A DNA stretch of 64,000 bases from an uncultured Chloroflexia bacterium (GCA_963827965.1 CAWHCW010000007.1:43937-107936); one strand, 5' to 3'. Counted from the first letter of the stretch, positions 29,581 through 41,612 are shown. Numbers and translations: made by a program. Notes: generated by a model from the sequence alone, not told the origin.

Positions 29581-29632
29581 TTGACAGGCGCCGGAGCCGG
29601 CGTCTACCATCAACAACGCTTTATATAAACGC
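29581..29632 (+). promoter_or_regulatory. putative sigma70-type promoter (TTGACA-18-TACCAT) with an AT palindrome operator (cgcTTTATATAAAcgc) immediately downstream, upstream of the ArsR-family gene
   Basis: TTGACA at 29581-29586, TACCAT at 29605-29610. The 10-bp perfect palindrome TTTATATAAA at 29621-29630 is the lowest-GC spot in the window. Confidence 0.4.
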
Positions 29633-29635
29633 ACA

Positions 29636-30025
29636 TTGCTGAGCAGCGGCCGTCGACGGCCGGCGCCCCGCCACCCCGATCGGAGCCGCCCCCTGAGCCC
29701 CTCGCCCGCCCGCATCCGCTCCACGATCGCCTCGATCGTCGACCAGCCGGACGACCTTCGCGAGATCCGCATCTTCCACAAGGCGCTCGCGGACGTGAAC
29801 CGCCTCCGCATCGTGCGGCGCCTGGCGGACGGCCCGGCGAGCGTCGGCGACCTCATCGATCACGTGGGGCTCAGCCAGCCCCTGGTCAGCCATCACCTCC
29901 GCCGTCTCCGCGAGGCCGGGCTCGTCGTCAGCCGGCGCGCCGGCCGCGAGACGATCTGCTCCCTCCGGCCGGAGGCCTTCGGCGAGGTCGCCGCCCGCGA
30001 GCGGGCCATCCTGGGGATGACCTGA
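29636..30025 (+). CDS. ArsR-family HTH transcriptional regulator
   Basis: IFHKALADVNRLRIVRRLADGPASVGDLIDHVGLSQPLVSHHLRRLREAGLV. TTG start; the true start may be internal. Confidence 0.7.
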   Translation: MLSSGRRRPAPRHPDRSRPLSPSPARIRSTIASIVDQPDDLREIRIFHKALADVNRLRIVRRLADGPASVGDLIDHVGLSQPLVSHHLRRLREAGLVVSRRAGRETICSLRPEAFGEVAARERAILGMT

Positions 30026-30027
30026 TC

Positions 30028-30762
30028 GTGGCCATCTCGAACGGCACGCGGAGCAGGGTCAAGAAGGCCGGCGAGCCGCTCGCCCTCTTCCTGGGGCGCC
30101 GGGGGCTCACCCCGGACGGGCTCACCCTCATCGGCTTCGGGATCACGGCCGTCGGCGCCGTCCTGCTGGCCAACCAGCTCTGGCTGGCCGGCGGCCTCGT
30201 GGTGTTCGTGGGGGGCGCGTTCGACATGCTCGACGGAACCCTGGCCCGGGCCACGGGACGGGTGAGCCGGCTCGGCGCCTTCATGGATTCCGTCTTCGAC
30301 CGCATGGGTGAGGCGCTCGTCTACGTCGGCCTGATCTGGGGCACGCTCGACCTCGGCCTGTGGCGTCCCGTCGTCCTCGCCGCGGCGGCGATGGCGGCGG
30401 CATTCATGGTCAGCTACACGCGGGCCAAGGCCGAGGGCCTCGGCTTCTCCGCCGGCAGCGGCATGGCCGCCGTCGGCCTCGCCCCGCGCGAGGTCCGGAT
30501 CGTCATCCTGACCCTCGGTCTCGTCGTCGCGGGCATGCTCCCCGGCTTCCCGGAGGACATGGACACGCCCGGCGCCCTGGCCTACCCGCTGTCGGCGCTC
30601 GCGCTCGAGGCCGCGCTCGCGCTGATCGCGATCCTCGGGACGGTCACCGTCGTCCAGAGGATCCTCAACACCCGCGGCCAGGCGCGCCTCCAGGCGCGCG
30701 CGGACGCGATGAACGCGGCTGTCGACGCCACCACCACGGAGGCCGGCGAGCAGACGAGCTGA
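30028..30762 (+). CDS. CDP-alcohol phosphatidyltransferase (phosphatidylinositol-phosphate synthase-like)
   Basis: D-x2-DG-x2-AR...G-x3-D-x3-D motif ([31 protein letters not shown]) in a multi-TM protein. It is adjacent to ino1. Confidence 0.8.
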   Translation: MAISNGTRSRVKKAGEPLALFLGRRGLTPDGLTLIGFGITAVGAVLLANQLWLAGGLVVFVGGAFDMLDGTLARATGRVSRLGAFMDSVFDRMGEALVYVGLIWGTLDLGLWRPVVLAAAAMAAAFMVSYTRAKAEGLGFSAGSGMAAVGLAPREVRIVILTLGLVVAGMLPGFPEDMDTPGALAYPLSALALEAALALIAILGTVTVVQRILNTRGQARLQARADAMNAAVDATTTEAGEQTS

Positions 30763-30817
30763 ACGAGCGAATCCACCCCCACCACCCACCAGCAGCAGGA
30801 GTGAGAGCAGACACCAG

Positions 30818-32059
30818 ATGGCCAAGAAGAACGGGAACAACGGCGCGAGCGGCAATGGAGCGAACGCCCCGGAGCGGGCGTGGGCCGGGTCCAGGCGCAA
30901 GGATGGCAAGATCCGCGTCGCCATCGTCGGCGTCGGCAACTGCGCCAGCAGCCTCGTCCAGGGGCGCTACTACTACGAGAACGCGAAGGAGACGGACTTC
31001 GTGCCCGGGCTCATGCACGTGAGCCTGGGCGGCTACCACGTCCGCGACATCGAGTTCGTGGCTGCCTTCGACATCAACAAGACGAAGGTCGGCAAGGACC
31101 TCTCCGAGGCGATCTACGCCCATCCGAACAACACGATCGTCTTCCAGCAGGTCGCCCCCATGGGCGTCACGGTCGATCGCGGGATGACCCACGACGGCCT
31201 TGGCAAGTACCTCAGCCAGATCATCGAGAAGGCGCCCGGCCCCACGGCCGACATCGTCGGGATCCTCAAGGAGCGCGAGGTCGACGTGATGGTCTCCTAC
31301 CTCCCGGTGGGGAGCGAGGAGGCCACGAAGTGGTATGCCGAGCAGGCCCTCAAGGCCGGCGTCGGCTTCGTCAACGCGATCCCGGTCTTCATCGGCCGCG
31401 AGCCGTACTGGCAGCGCCGCTTCGCCGAGGAGGGCCTGCCGGTCATCGGCGACGACATCAAGAGCCAGGTCGGCGCGACGATCAGCCACCGGGTCCTGAC
31501 CCGCCTCTTCATGGATCGCGGCGTCCGCCTGGACCGGACGTACCAGCTCAACTTCGGCGGGAACACGGACTTCCTGAACATGCTCGAGCGCGAGCGCCTC
31601 GAGAGCAAGAAGATCAGCAAGACGAACGCGGTCACCTCGATGCTCGACTACGAGCTCGAGCCCGGCGACGTCCACGTCGGCCCCAGCGACCACGTGCCGT
31701 GGCTCCTCGACCGCAAGTACTGCTACATCGTCATGGAGGGCACGACCTACGGCGACGTGCCCCTGAAGGCCGAGCTCAAGCTCGAGGTCTGGGACAGCCC
31801 CAACAGCGCCGGCGTCATCACCGACGCCATCCGCTGCCTGAAGCTCGGACTCGACCGGGGCCTGAAGGGCACGCTCGTCGCCCCGTCGGCGTACTTCATG
31901 AAGAGCCCGCCGCACCAGCTCCACGATGACATCGCCTACAACCGGGTCGAGGCGTTCATCCGCGGCGACGACAACGAGACCCTGGAGGGGACCGAGAAGC
32001 CGGCCGTGCGCAAGCTCCGGACTCTCGCCAAGGCACCGGCCAGGGTGGCCGCCAGGTGA
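30818..32059 (+). CDS. ino1: myo-inositol-1-phosphate synthase
   Basis: Intact 413 aa ORF: [18 protein letters not shown]...[32 protein letters not shown]...[25 protein letters not shown]. Confidence 0.95.
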   Translation: MAKKNGNNGASGNGANAPERAWAGSRRKDGKIRVAIVGVGNCASSLVQGRYYYENAKETDFVPGLMHVSLGGYHVRDIEFVAAFDINKTKVGKDLSEAIYAHPNNTIVFQQVAPMGVTVDRGMTHDGLGKYLSQIIEKAPGPTADIVGILKEREVDVMVSYLPVGSEEATKWYAEQALKAGVGFVNAIPVFIGREPYWQRRFAEEGLPVIGDDIKSQVGATISHRVLTRLFMDRGVRLDRTYQLNFGGNTDFLNMLERERLESKKISKTNAVTSMLDYELEPGDVHVGPSDHVPWLLDRKYCYIVMEGTTYGDVPLKAELKLEVWDSPNSAGVITDAIRCLKLGLDRGLKGTLVAPSAYFMKSPPHQLHDDIAYNRVEAFIRGDDNETLEGTEKPAVRKLRTLAKAPARVAAR

Positions 32060-33162
32060 CATCCGTCCCCGGGGGCCCGGACGGCGCGGCAGCGGCCGCG
32101 TCGCCGGGGACCGAGGCGAAGAACGGCAGCGAGGGGCGTCTGCGGGCGCCCCATCGCCGCCCGGGTGGCGGCCGCCGCGCCCGCGAGAAGGTCGTCGTGA
32201 GCGCCTACCGCGCGGGCTCCTGGATCCTGGGCCGGCTCCCCTTCGGCCCGACCGTCCGGGTCGGCGGCTGGATCGCCGTCGCCGTCTACGCCCTGTGGCC
32301 CCAGAAGCGGCGTCACGTCCGGGCGAACGCCGCCCGGATCCTCGATCTGCCCCCCGGCGACCGCCGGGTCGACGCCCTGGGCCGCGCCGTGTTCCGCAAC
32401 CAGGTTCGCTGGGTGATCGAGGGGATGCACCTGGCCCGAATGTCGCCGGCCCGGCGCCTCGCCCAGTTCGGGGGGCCGGGACCCGACAGGCTCCACGCGA
32501 TCTGGAAGGCATCGAGGGGCGTCATCCTGACGGGTCTCCACATCGGCAACGGAGACGCCGCCGCGGCTGGCATGGCCGGCCGCGGCCTGCCGATCCACAT
32601 CCTCGCCGACGACACCGCGCACGAGGAGCTCTTCGAGCGGTTCAGCGCCCAACGACAGAGCTGGGGCGTGGAGGTCATCCGCTGGCGGAACCTTCGCGAC
32701 GTCTACCGGGTCCTGCGCAACCACGAGATCCTCGGGCTCCTGGTCGACTGGGGCTACCGCCCGGAGGGGCAGGCGGTGCGCTTCCTGGGCGCCTGGACCA
32801 CGCTGCCCACGGGACCGGCCGTCCTGGCCGCCCGGACCGGGGCGACCATCCTTCCCTTCTGGACCATCCGCTGCCCCGACGGAACCTTCCTGGGCGAGGT
32901 CGGGACGCCGATCCAGGTCGCTTCGGGCGAGCCGGCGGAGATCGCCCGGGCGACGCAGGCGATCGCCGAAGCGCTCGAGCCGGCGGTCCGCGAAGCGCCG
33001 GAGCAATGGTGCGTCTTCAAGCCCATGTGGCCCGCCGACCCGGTGGCGGAGGCCTTCCTGGCCGAGCGCGCCCGGGACGACCGCGCCGCCCCCGCGCTGC
33101 CGGGCGACCGCACCGCGGCTGAGGACGACCGGACCGCCGCCGTGCACGGAGCCGCCGGATGA
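32056..33162 (+). CDS. LpxL/HtrB-family lipid acyltransferase (PIM acyltransferase PatA-like)
   Basis: [29 protein letters not shown]...[12 protein letters not shown]...[17 protein letters not shown], typical of the lauroyl/myristoyl acyltransferase family. Confidence 0.7.
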   Translation: MTSVPGGPDGAAAAASPGTEAKNGSEGRLRAPHRRPGGGRRAREKVVVSAYRAGSWILGRLPFGPTVRVGGWIAVAVYALWPQKRRHVRANAARILDLPPGDRRVDALGRAVFRNQVRWVIEGMHLARMSPARRLAQFGGPGPDRLHAIWKASRGVILTGLHIGNGDAAAAGMAGRGLPIHILADDTAHEELFERFSAQRQSWGVEVIRWRNLRDVYRVLRNHEILGLLVDWGYRPEGQAVRFLGAWTTLPTGPAVLAARTGATILPFWTIRCPDGTFLGEVGTPIQVASGEPAEIARATQAIAEALEPAVREAPEQWCVFKPMWPADPVAEAFLAERARDDRAAPALPGDRTAAEDDRTAAVHGAAG

Positions 33163-34188
33163 CCGTCGCGTCCGCCGACCCGGGGGACCAGGTGCGCGGC
33201 ACCGTCGCGCAGCGCGCCCGGGCGGCCCTCGTGGGCGGCCTCGCCGTCGTGCTCGACCACCTTCCCGCCGCCGTCGTCGACGGGGCGTGCGACGCCGCCG
33301 GCGAGCTCTGGTATCACGCCGCCCCCGGCCGCGCGGCGATCGCCCGCGGCAACCTCGGCCACATCGCGGAGCGACTCGCGGCCGAAGAGCGCGGCAGTGC
33401 CCGGGCTCGCGCCGCGGCGAGCGACCCGGCCGCCCTGGAGCGCCTGGTCCGAGCCGCGTTCCGCCATGCCGTGCGTGGCTACGCCGAGACGCTCAGCTGC
33501 GCCGCGGTCGCCCGCGACGTCCGCCGCCACCTCGTCGTGGACAACCCCGAGGTCGTGGACGCCGCCTTTGCCGCGGGCGGCCCGGCCGTCTTCGCCTCGC
33601 TCCATTTCGGCTCGATGACGGCCGTCGCCTCGATCCTGGGCAGCCGCTCGCGGGTCCCCGTGACGGCGCCGATGGAGACGCTCGTGGACCCCGAGCTCCA
33701 GCGGGTGATGCTGAGGGCCCGGGAGAGCGTCGGCGTCCGGATCGTCGGCCTCGCCGAGGCCCGCCGTGAGCTCCGCGCGGCGCTGGCCCGCGGCGAGGCC
33801 GCCGGGCTCGTCGCCGATCGCGACATCGCCGGGGGCGGGATGCGCGTCCCCCTCTTCGGCCTCCCGGCGTCGCTGCCGATCGGCCCGGCGTACCTGGCCC
33901 TCGACGCCGGGGTGCCGCTTCACGTGGCCGCCGCGCGGCGCTCGACCCGTGACCGCTTCCGGGGCCGGCTCGTCACGCTGCCGCATCCGTCGGCCGACGC
34001 TGCCTCGCCGGGCCCGCGTCGAGGCGCTCCTCGCCGCCACCGCGGCCGCCTTCGAGGACCTGGTGGCCGAGGCGCCGGAGCAGTGGTGGACCGTCTTCTT
34101 CCCGATCTGGGACGACGTGGGCCCGCGTCCCCGGGGTCGCGCGAGCGCGCCCGCCGGGACGCCCCGGCCCGCGGAGCCCACGCCGTGA
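33159..34188 (+). CDS. second LpxL/HtrB-family acyltransferase (frameshift near 34010)
   Basis: VFASLHFGSMTAVASILG...GLVADRDIAGGGMRVPLFGLPASLPIGPAYLALDAGVPLHVAAARR..., then a C-terminal ...EAPEQWWTVFFPIWDD in another frame. Confidence 0.55.
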
Positions 34189-34990
34189 GCTCCCCGGTCC
34201 TCCGCTCGGCTCACGGCCCGGATCCCGCCGCTCCGCACGGCCGGGCCGACCTCCACATCCATACCCTCGCCTCGGACGGCGTCTGCGGCGTCGAGGAGAT
34301 CCTCGCCTTCGCCGTGGAGCAGACGCAGCTCGACGTGATCGCCATCGCCGACCACGAGCGGGTCGACGCGGCGCACGCCGCCCGCGCCATCGCCCGGGCA
34401 CGGGACCTTCCCCTGGAGGTCGTCGTCGGCGAGGAGGTGACCACCCGCGGCGGCCACCTGCTCGCCCTCTTCATCGAGGAGGCGATCCCTCCGCTCCGTT
34501 CGCTGCGGGAATCGATCGGCCTGGTCCACGAGCAGGGTGGCCTCGCGATCCCGGCCCACCCGCTCTTCCCGTACCCGCTCTGCGCCCAGGCCTGGACGCT
34601 CCGGGCCCTGCTGGACGCGAAGGACCCGCGCGTCCGGCCCGACGCCCTGGAGGCATTCAACCCCACCACGTTCGGGCGCCCGGTGCACCGCCGCGTGGTC
34701 GCCTTCGCGGCCGAGCGCGGCCTGGCCGTGGTGGGCAACAGCGACGCCCACGAGGCCGCCGAGCGTGGGGACGGGCTGGACCACGTTCGCTGGCCGGACC
34801 GCCGAGGACGTCCGGGCCGCGATCCTGGCGGGCGCCAGCGGCTGGCACGGGAGCTTCCACGGCACCTCGTCGCAGCTGCCGACGTTCGGGCAGCAGCTCC
34901 GCAAGTACGGCCGCGACGCCCGGGCGGAGATCCTGGGCCGGGCCCGCCGCGACGGGATCGGGCCGCGACCACGGCTATCCCGGCGGCGAC
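34187..34990 (+). CDS. PHP-domain metal-dependent phosphoesterase (frameshift near 34775; stop not resolved)
   Basis: ADLHIHTLASDGVCGVEEILAFAVEQTQLDVIAIADHERVDAA...GGHLLALFIEE...LAIPAHPLFPYP...VVGNSDAHEAAERGDG, the PHP histidine/aspartate motifs. The tail GWTTFAGRTAEDVRAAILAG is in the next frame. Confidence 0.6.
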
Positions 34991-35047
34991 CGGCGGCCGC
35001 CAGCGCTCCAGATGCCGGCCGTCGCTCGGCGGGGAGAGGAGGAGCGG

Positions 35048-36231
35048 CCGTGAAGGTCGGGCTGGTGACGCCCTACGTCTATCCGCTCCCTGGCGGCGTC
35101 AACGACCACGTCGGGCACCTCTACGAGAGCCTCCGCGCCCGCGGCCACGACGTCCGGATCCTGACCGCCAGCCACGGCCTGCAGCGCAGCTCCGAGGGCG
35201 ACGTGATCCGGATCGGCAAGGGCTTCTCCGTGCCGTCCAACGGCTCCGTCGGGACGCTCACCGTCTCTCGCCCGCTACCCGTCGCAGATCCGGGACGTCC
35301 TGGAGCGGGAGCAGTTCGACCTGCTCCACTTCCACGAGCCGTTCGTCCCCTTCCTGACGCTCATGACGCTCGCGCGAATCGCGGAGCGTGAACGTCGCCA
35401 CGTTCCACGCCTTCGCCGGCTACGCCCCCGGCTACCAGCTGGGTGGCCGGATGCTTGGCCCGGTCGCGGCCAACCGGCTCCACGGGCGCATCGCCGTCAG
35501 CGCCGCCGCCCGCCACTTCGCGGACCGCTACCTGCCGGGCGACTACAAGGTCATCCCCAACGGGGTGGATCTGCGTCGCTTCGACCACGCCGTCCCGCTG
35601 GCCCGCTGGCAGGACGGCCACCCGAACATCCTCTTCGTCGGGCGCCTGGAGCCGCGCAAGGGCCTGGTGCACCTCCTGAAGGCGTTCCGGATGGTCCGCA
35701 AGGCAGGCTGCGACTGCCGCCTTCTCGTCGTCGGCTCCGGGCCCCTGGAGCGCGAGGCGCGGCGCTACGTCATGACCCGCCGCCTCGGCGGCGTCGAGTT
35801 CCTGGGGCGCGTCTCGGACCAGGAGAAGGTCCAGCTCTTCAAGACCGCCGACGTCTACGTCTCGCCGGCGACCGGGCGCGAGAGCTTCGGGATCGTCCTG
35901 CTCGAGGCGATGGCGGCCGGGACGGCCATCGTCTGCAGCGACATCCACGGCTACAAGGGCGTCGTGAAGCGCGGCGAGCAGGCCCTCCTCGTGCCGCCCG
36001 GCGACCATCGCCAGCTCGCCGAGGCCATCCTCCGCCTCGTCGGCGACGCGGACGCTGCGGGCGCGCATGGCGGCGAGCGGCCTGGTCCGCGTCCAGGAGT
36101 TCGGCTGGGACCGGATCGCGGCCCGCGTGGAGGCCTACTACGGGTTCGTCATCCGCCGCCTCGCGGCCCAGGGGGCGCTCCCGGCCCACTATGCCGCCGA
36201 CGTGCCCGCGGACCCGCGCCTGCCCGGCTGA
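35048..36231 (+). CDS. GT4 glycosyltransferase, PimA-like (phosphatidylinositol mannosyltransferase), 3 frameshifts
   Basis: VKVGLVTPYVYPLPGGVNDHVGHLYESLRARGHDVRIL..., then ...FDLLHFHEPFVPFLTLM..., then ...FVGRLEPRKGLVHLLKAF...SPATGRESFGIVLLEAMAAGTAIV..., then ...RVQEFGWDRIAARVEAYY. A good RBS (ggagaggagga) precedes the GTG. Confidence 0.75.
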
Positions 36232-36246
36232 GCCGCTCCGCGGCGG

Positions 36247-39200
36247 TCAGGCCGCGGCGGCGCCCGGATCGCAGTCGTCGTCCTCCGCCCTGCGCTCGGC
36301 GAGGGCCAGCCGCCAGACCCAGGCGGAGTAGGCCACGAAGCCCGCCGCCAGCATCACGGCAGCGAAGAGGAGCACCGGCCACGGGCCCAGGAGCGAGACG
36401 CTCACCGGCGGGTCGACGTTGACGGGGAACTGGAAGGGGTAGAGCCAGGTCGGCAGCAGGCCCTGGTACCAGTTGTAGACGGCGCTGGGCAAGGGCAGGC
36501 CGGACACGTTCGGGTAGAAGAGCACGAAGACGAAGCAGGCCGCCAGGACGAGGCCCACCGCGAAGCGCCGCGGCGAGGCCGCCCGCACGACGACCCAGGC
36601 GAGGGGACCCAGGATCCCGAGGAGGAGCAGGGCAAGGAGCTCGCCGGGCACGCCGCCGGTCTCCACGAGCGGCGTCGCGGGCAGGAGGAGGGCGGCGGCG
36701 GCGAGCGCCGCGACCCCGCCCCCGAGGGTGAGCCAGATCCGGACGATGGCCGGGTGCGCCTCGGTCGGCAGCCGCCCCGCGGCGCGATCGCCCGATCGAC
36801 GTCCAGGAGCTGCCAGACGAGGGCGATCCCGGCGACGGCGATGACGGCGATCAGGCCGACGGCCTGCAGGGTGAGGGCGATCGGCAGCGCCGCCGGCTGC
36901 GTGCAGGCCTGGGATCCCGGGTTGGCGCGTTCCACGTCGACGACGGCGCAGAGCGGCCCCCGGAAGAGCCAGAGCGCCACCGGCCCCAGCACGGCGCCCG
37001 CGGCGGCGGCCCGGACGAGGAGCCACGTCCGGCGCGACGGACCGTGCCAGATCTCGGCCACGAAGTAGGCCAGGGCGAGGAGCACGAAGGGCAGCGCCGT
37101 GTAGTAGTGGTACTGGAACGCCGCCCGGTCGATTCGCGCCCAGGGCAGCCACAGCGACGGCGAACATGATTCCCAACAGGGCGAGGGCCAGGCTGCGCCG
37201 GCGGAAGGCCTGCCACGCCACGAACGCCAGGGCGGGAATCGAGAGCCACCAGGTCAGCCAGGTTGCCGGCGTCGTAGATGGCCCCGACGGTGCCGCCGGC
37301 GAAGCTCTCCTGGTAGAACCAGACCGGCTTCAGGTTGGCTGGCCAGGCCCACCAGGGCGAGGCAGCGGCGTGCGTCGCCCGCAGGTCGTTGTGGTAGTCG
37401 TACATGTCGACGAGTCAGGTCGAGCAGCGTCTGCCCGTCGTGGCCCGGCGGCCAGCCGGGAACGATCTGGTTCCCGAGGTCGGCCCACGGCAGGTACGAG
37501 ACGACGTAGACGACGACCGGGATCGCGAGCAGGCAGAGCGCCGCCCAGGCGATCGGCAGGCCGGCCAGCCAGCCCGGGCGCAGCCAGCCCGGCGGCGCCG
37601 GATCGGCGGGCTCGAGCAGGGTCGCCGGGTCGTCCGGCGCCGGCAGCGGGGCGAGCGGCCCGAGGCCCAGGCGTCCGGCGAGCCAGAACGCCCCGGCGGC
37701 CGCGCCGCCGAGCGCCATCAGCCCGACCGCGGCGGCCTGCGCGAGCGGGCCCAGGCCCAGCGGACATGGAGGCCAGGCCCAGCAGGGCTCCCGCCGACGG
37801 CCGGCCCGCCGACGGCGATCCGGATCTCCTCCACGGTCCAGGCCACGGGATGGAGGACGGCCACCGCCGACGCGACCAGGGTCAGGGCGACCATGAGGAG
37901 CAGGAAGAGCAGGTTGCCGCCGGTCGTCGCCTCGGGGCCGGTGGAGATGGCCATGTAGCCGAGGGTCGCCGCGATCGCCGCCAGGCCGACCACGATGAGG
38001 GCCCGCCCCAGGGCCGAGCGGAGCAGGATCAGGAGCCCGATGCCGCCGATCGCGTACAGGGCAACCCACTTCGAGGCAAGGGCCAGCCCGAGGAGGATCC
38101 CGATGACGGGCAGGCCCACCCAGAAGGCGCCCGCCAGCGCCATGCGCCGGTCCAGATCGTGGCGAAGAGCGTCACGGCCGCGACGATGAAGAGCGCCACG
38201 TAGGCGTCGTTCATCGCGATCCGCGATTGGGCGAAGAGCATCCCGTCGGCCAGGACGAAGAGGCCCGCCAGGACGGCCACCGCCCGGCGCCGGAAGAGGA
38301 TCCGGGCCAGGAGGTAGAGCAGGCCCGCCATCAGGGCGCCGGCGAGGACGCCGGGAAGGCGCCAGGCGAAGGCGTTCTGGCCCATGTCCACCGCCGCGCC
38401 GGCCCCGTCCGCGGCGAAGAGGAGGAGCTGCTGGCGGTCGCTGCTGGGATAGGCCGTCGCGGTGTCCACGGCCCAGGCGGCCGGGGCGAAGGGAAGGACG
38501 GCGTCGGCGAAGACGGAGTTGCCGCGCGGCTCGACGACGTAGACGGTCGTGGCGGCGCCGTCCGCCGTCCGGCCCAGGGCGTGGACCAGCTGGCTCGCGT
38601 CGTTGAACGCCACGCGCTCCACGGCCCCCGGCATCCAGACGGTCCGCTGGAGCGAGGCCGCCTTGTCGCTCGTGGGCATCTTCACGACGGCGAGGGTGCT
38701 CCCGCTGGCGACGTAGAGCGTCGGCGCCTCGAGGCCCTCCACGGCGACGAGGCTCGTCGCGGCGGCCTCGAGCGGCACGCTCCCCGTGGCGCGCCCCGAG
38801 GCGGGCTCCAGGAAGGTGACGCCGGCCGCGCCGGCGACGGCCACCTGCGGCACCTGCTGGACGGCCAGCCCGGCCAGCCGGCCGTCCGCGATCGCCGCGT
38901 CGATCCCGGCGATGGTCGCGTCGATCGCCTCGCGGTCGGCTCCGAGGTCCGCCGTCACGATGACGCTGGGCGCATCGCGGGCCAGCAGATCGCGGTACGT
39001 CGCCTCGTCGCCGCCGGTCAGGCCGGCGACGACGGCGGCGGCGGCGGCGGGATCGGGCACCTCGGCCGGCGTGGCGACGAGCGCGTCGACACGTCCGGCG
39101 TCCGCCACGTCGGCGCGCCCGTCGATGGTGGTTCGCGAGAGCTCGGCCGCGGTCGCCGCGTCGAGGGTCACGAGGCCGTCGTCCGGCGTTCCCGCGACCA

Positions 39201-39941
39201 GGTAGTCGCCCACCGCCCACCGCCCAGAGCCGCTCGACGGGCGCCCCGACCGTGGCGAAGGCGATCGGCGCATGGTCGGCGGCGGCGGCGCGCAGGTCGT
39301 CCGCCGTGACCTCCGTCGCAAAGGCCAGGATCGTGCCGTCCTCCGTCCCGACGTAGGCCTCGCGGGCCACGCGATCCACCGCGACCGCCCGGGCGCCGGG
39401 CACCGCGAAGCGGGCCAGGAGGGCGCGCGTCCGCAGGTCGTACAGATCCAGGGAGTCGCCCGTCACGACGTAGAGGCGCTCGCCGCCGCGCGTCATGGCC
39501 CCCGGCTCGGACTCCTCCGTGACGTCCCAGCGCGGCTCGATCGCCGCGTCCCGGACCGCCGTCCCGAGGTCGCTCTCGGCGACGACCCGGTTGTTCCCGA
39601 AGAAGTCGATCCCCTCGGCGATCGCGTACTTGGCGAGGTGGGGATGGGTGTACTCGTAGATCCCGTGCGGGCTCGCCGTAGCGCCAGTCCTGGAGGAACT
39701 CGATCGCCGTCCGGGCGTGGTAGACCTCGTCGAAGTGCATCCGCATCGGCTCGCCGAGACGGAACGTCCGCAGGCAGAGCGCCGCCACGACCAGGACCAG
39801 CAGGAACCAGAGGTCGAGGCGGTCGAGGCGCCCGCCGCCCTCGCGGGCGAGCGAGGCGGTGCGGTCGAAGGGGAAGGGCGGCGGCGCGTCCGGGGCGTCG
39901 TGCGCGGATCGCGCGATGGCTCCCGCTGCGGCGCCCGGCAT
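36247..39941 (-). CDS. large PMT/GT39-family (protein O-mannosyltransferase-like) membrane glycosyltransferase with a central soluble repeat region; heavily frameshifted
   Basis: PMT signature LDLWFLLVLVVAALCLRTFRLGEPMRMHFDEVYHARTAIEFL (about 39700), then HGIYEYTHPHLAKYAIAEGIDFFG, many TM segments down to 36247 (..WYQGLLPTWLYPFQFP..), and a beta-strand-rich middle segment. The pieces are spread over all three minus frames. Confidence 0.45.
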
Positions 39942-39949
39942 GGCGCCCG

Positions 39950-41520
39950 AGGCGGCGGCATGGCGAGGGGCGGCGGCGCCACGCGCCCCGGGCCGCGTCC
40001 GGCGGCCGTCGGCGCGACGCGCGCCGGCGATCCCGGCGCTCGGTGGATGGCGGGTGGCCGCGCTCCCGCCGGGTCGCCCCCGCGAGGCGCGGCCGGATCC
40101 TCCTCGTCGTCGATCGGCGTCGATCGGTCCGTCGTCGAGCTCGCGGTCGGTCTCCCCGGCCACCGGCCGGACCAGGAAGGCCGCGGCCGCGACCAGGCCG
40201 CCGGCGTGGGCGAGGGCGGCGACCCAGACGCCCGCCTGCGAGCGGATCGCCTCCCCGAGCCGCGTGCCCGAGCCCCCCGAAGGCATCGAGCATCGGCGCG
40301 AGACCCGGGTTGTCGTAGAACGGCAGGGTCAGGATCCCGTAGAGGTTCGCGAAGTTGGCGGCCGCGAGGATCGCGTAGACCACCGCCCAGCGCGGCCGGA
40401 GGACCAGCAGGATCGCCCCGAGGGCGAAGAACGGGTAGAGGTAGCGCTCGTGGACGCGCGTGGGGATCACGAAGAAGGCGATGGCCATGACGGTCAGGGC
40501 CACCAGGAGCGCCCGCCGGTCGTCGTGGCGACGCCACAGGACGACCATGAGGCCGATGATCGCGACGCCGATGAGGGCCCCGCCGATGAGGACCGCCGGG
40601 ATGCCCAGGGGGGCCAGGAACGGATCGGTCGGGCGTGCCGGGTCGAGCACGTCGCGGATCCACGTCCCGGCCGACGCCAGCCCGGAGCCGTCGAGCGAGA
40701 CGAGGGCCCATGGGTTGTAGGCGTTCACCGTGGCGTACGGATAGCCGCCGGCGGTCGAGAGGATCTGGCCGAGGAGGCTGTTCTCGAACGGGATCCCCAG
40801 CGAAGGGGAGGGGCACGATCGCCAGGCCGAACGGGAGGCAGACGAGCGTCGCGGCCAGGATCCCGGCGATCGTCGTGGTGAGGATCCGGATGGGCCCGCC
40901 ACCCAGCGGGCCGCCGTCATCCGGCCGCTCGACCAGGTGGCGGCGGACGATCACGACGGCGGCGAGGGGGATCAGGATCCCGAACTGGGGCTTGATGATG
41001 GCGGCGATCGTGGTCAGGATCGCGGCCCGCTCGGACCTCCCCCGCCACAGCTCCCGGACGGCCAGCAGCAGGAAGAGCGTCCCGACGGAATCCACCTGGG
41101 CCCAGACGGCGCTGTCGAACCAGGTGATGGGCACGAGCAGGAAGACGGCCGCGGCGGCGATCGCGCCCCGGCGGGTCGCGCCGAGCTCGGCGGCCAGGGC
41201 GAAGATGGCCAGGGCCAGGGCCAGGTCGGCGACGATCGCGGGCAGCTTGAGGAGGTCGCCGATGGGGACCGCAAGCGCCTGGGAGACGAGCCCCAGCCCC
41301 CACAGGACGTAGAGGTAGCCCGGCGTGTAGTCGACGAAGATCTCGCGGTCGTAGAGGCCCCACGGCCCGTTCTTGGCGAGCTCCATCGCCCACCCGGAGA
41401 AGCTGCCGAGGTCCACCTCGAACCCGGAGCCGGGCAGGAGAACGTATGCGATGATGAGGCGGAGGGCGAGGCCGAGCGCAAGAAGGACGCCGAGCGGAAC
41501 GACGGCGTCCCGCATGCGAA
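39950..41520 (-). CDS. GT-C fold integral membrane glycosyltransferase (possibly fused to the downstream PMT-like gene)
   Basis: MRDAVVPLGVLLALGLALRLIIAYVLL...FEVDLGSFSGWAMEL...YTPGYLYVLWGLG...AIIKPQFGILIPL, then ...TRVHERYLYPFFALG... in another frame. No stop was resolved before the PMT-like region. Confidence 0.4.
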
Positions 41521-41612
41521 CCCGGGCCTGCTCGCCGGCCCGCGCGCTCTCGCCCGCTGCGGGGCCTGGCACGGGTTGTTGGTTCGGCCTCCCTGGAACG
41601 AGCGCTGAGGTG

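Noticed and set aside
29089-29635. Possible small RNA or riboswitch in the 547-nt gap between the CYTH gene and the ArsR-family gene
   Set aside because: No conserved riboswitch-like structure was recognisable by eye. The gap is better explained by a small low-complexity ORF plus the promoter/operator.
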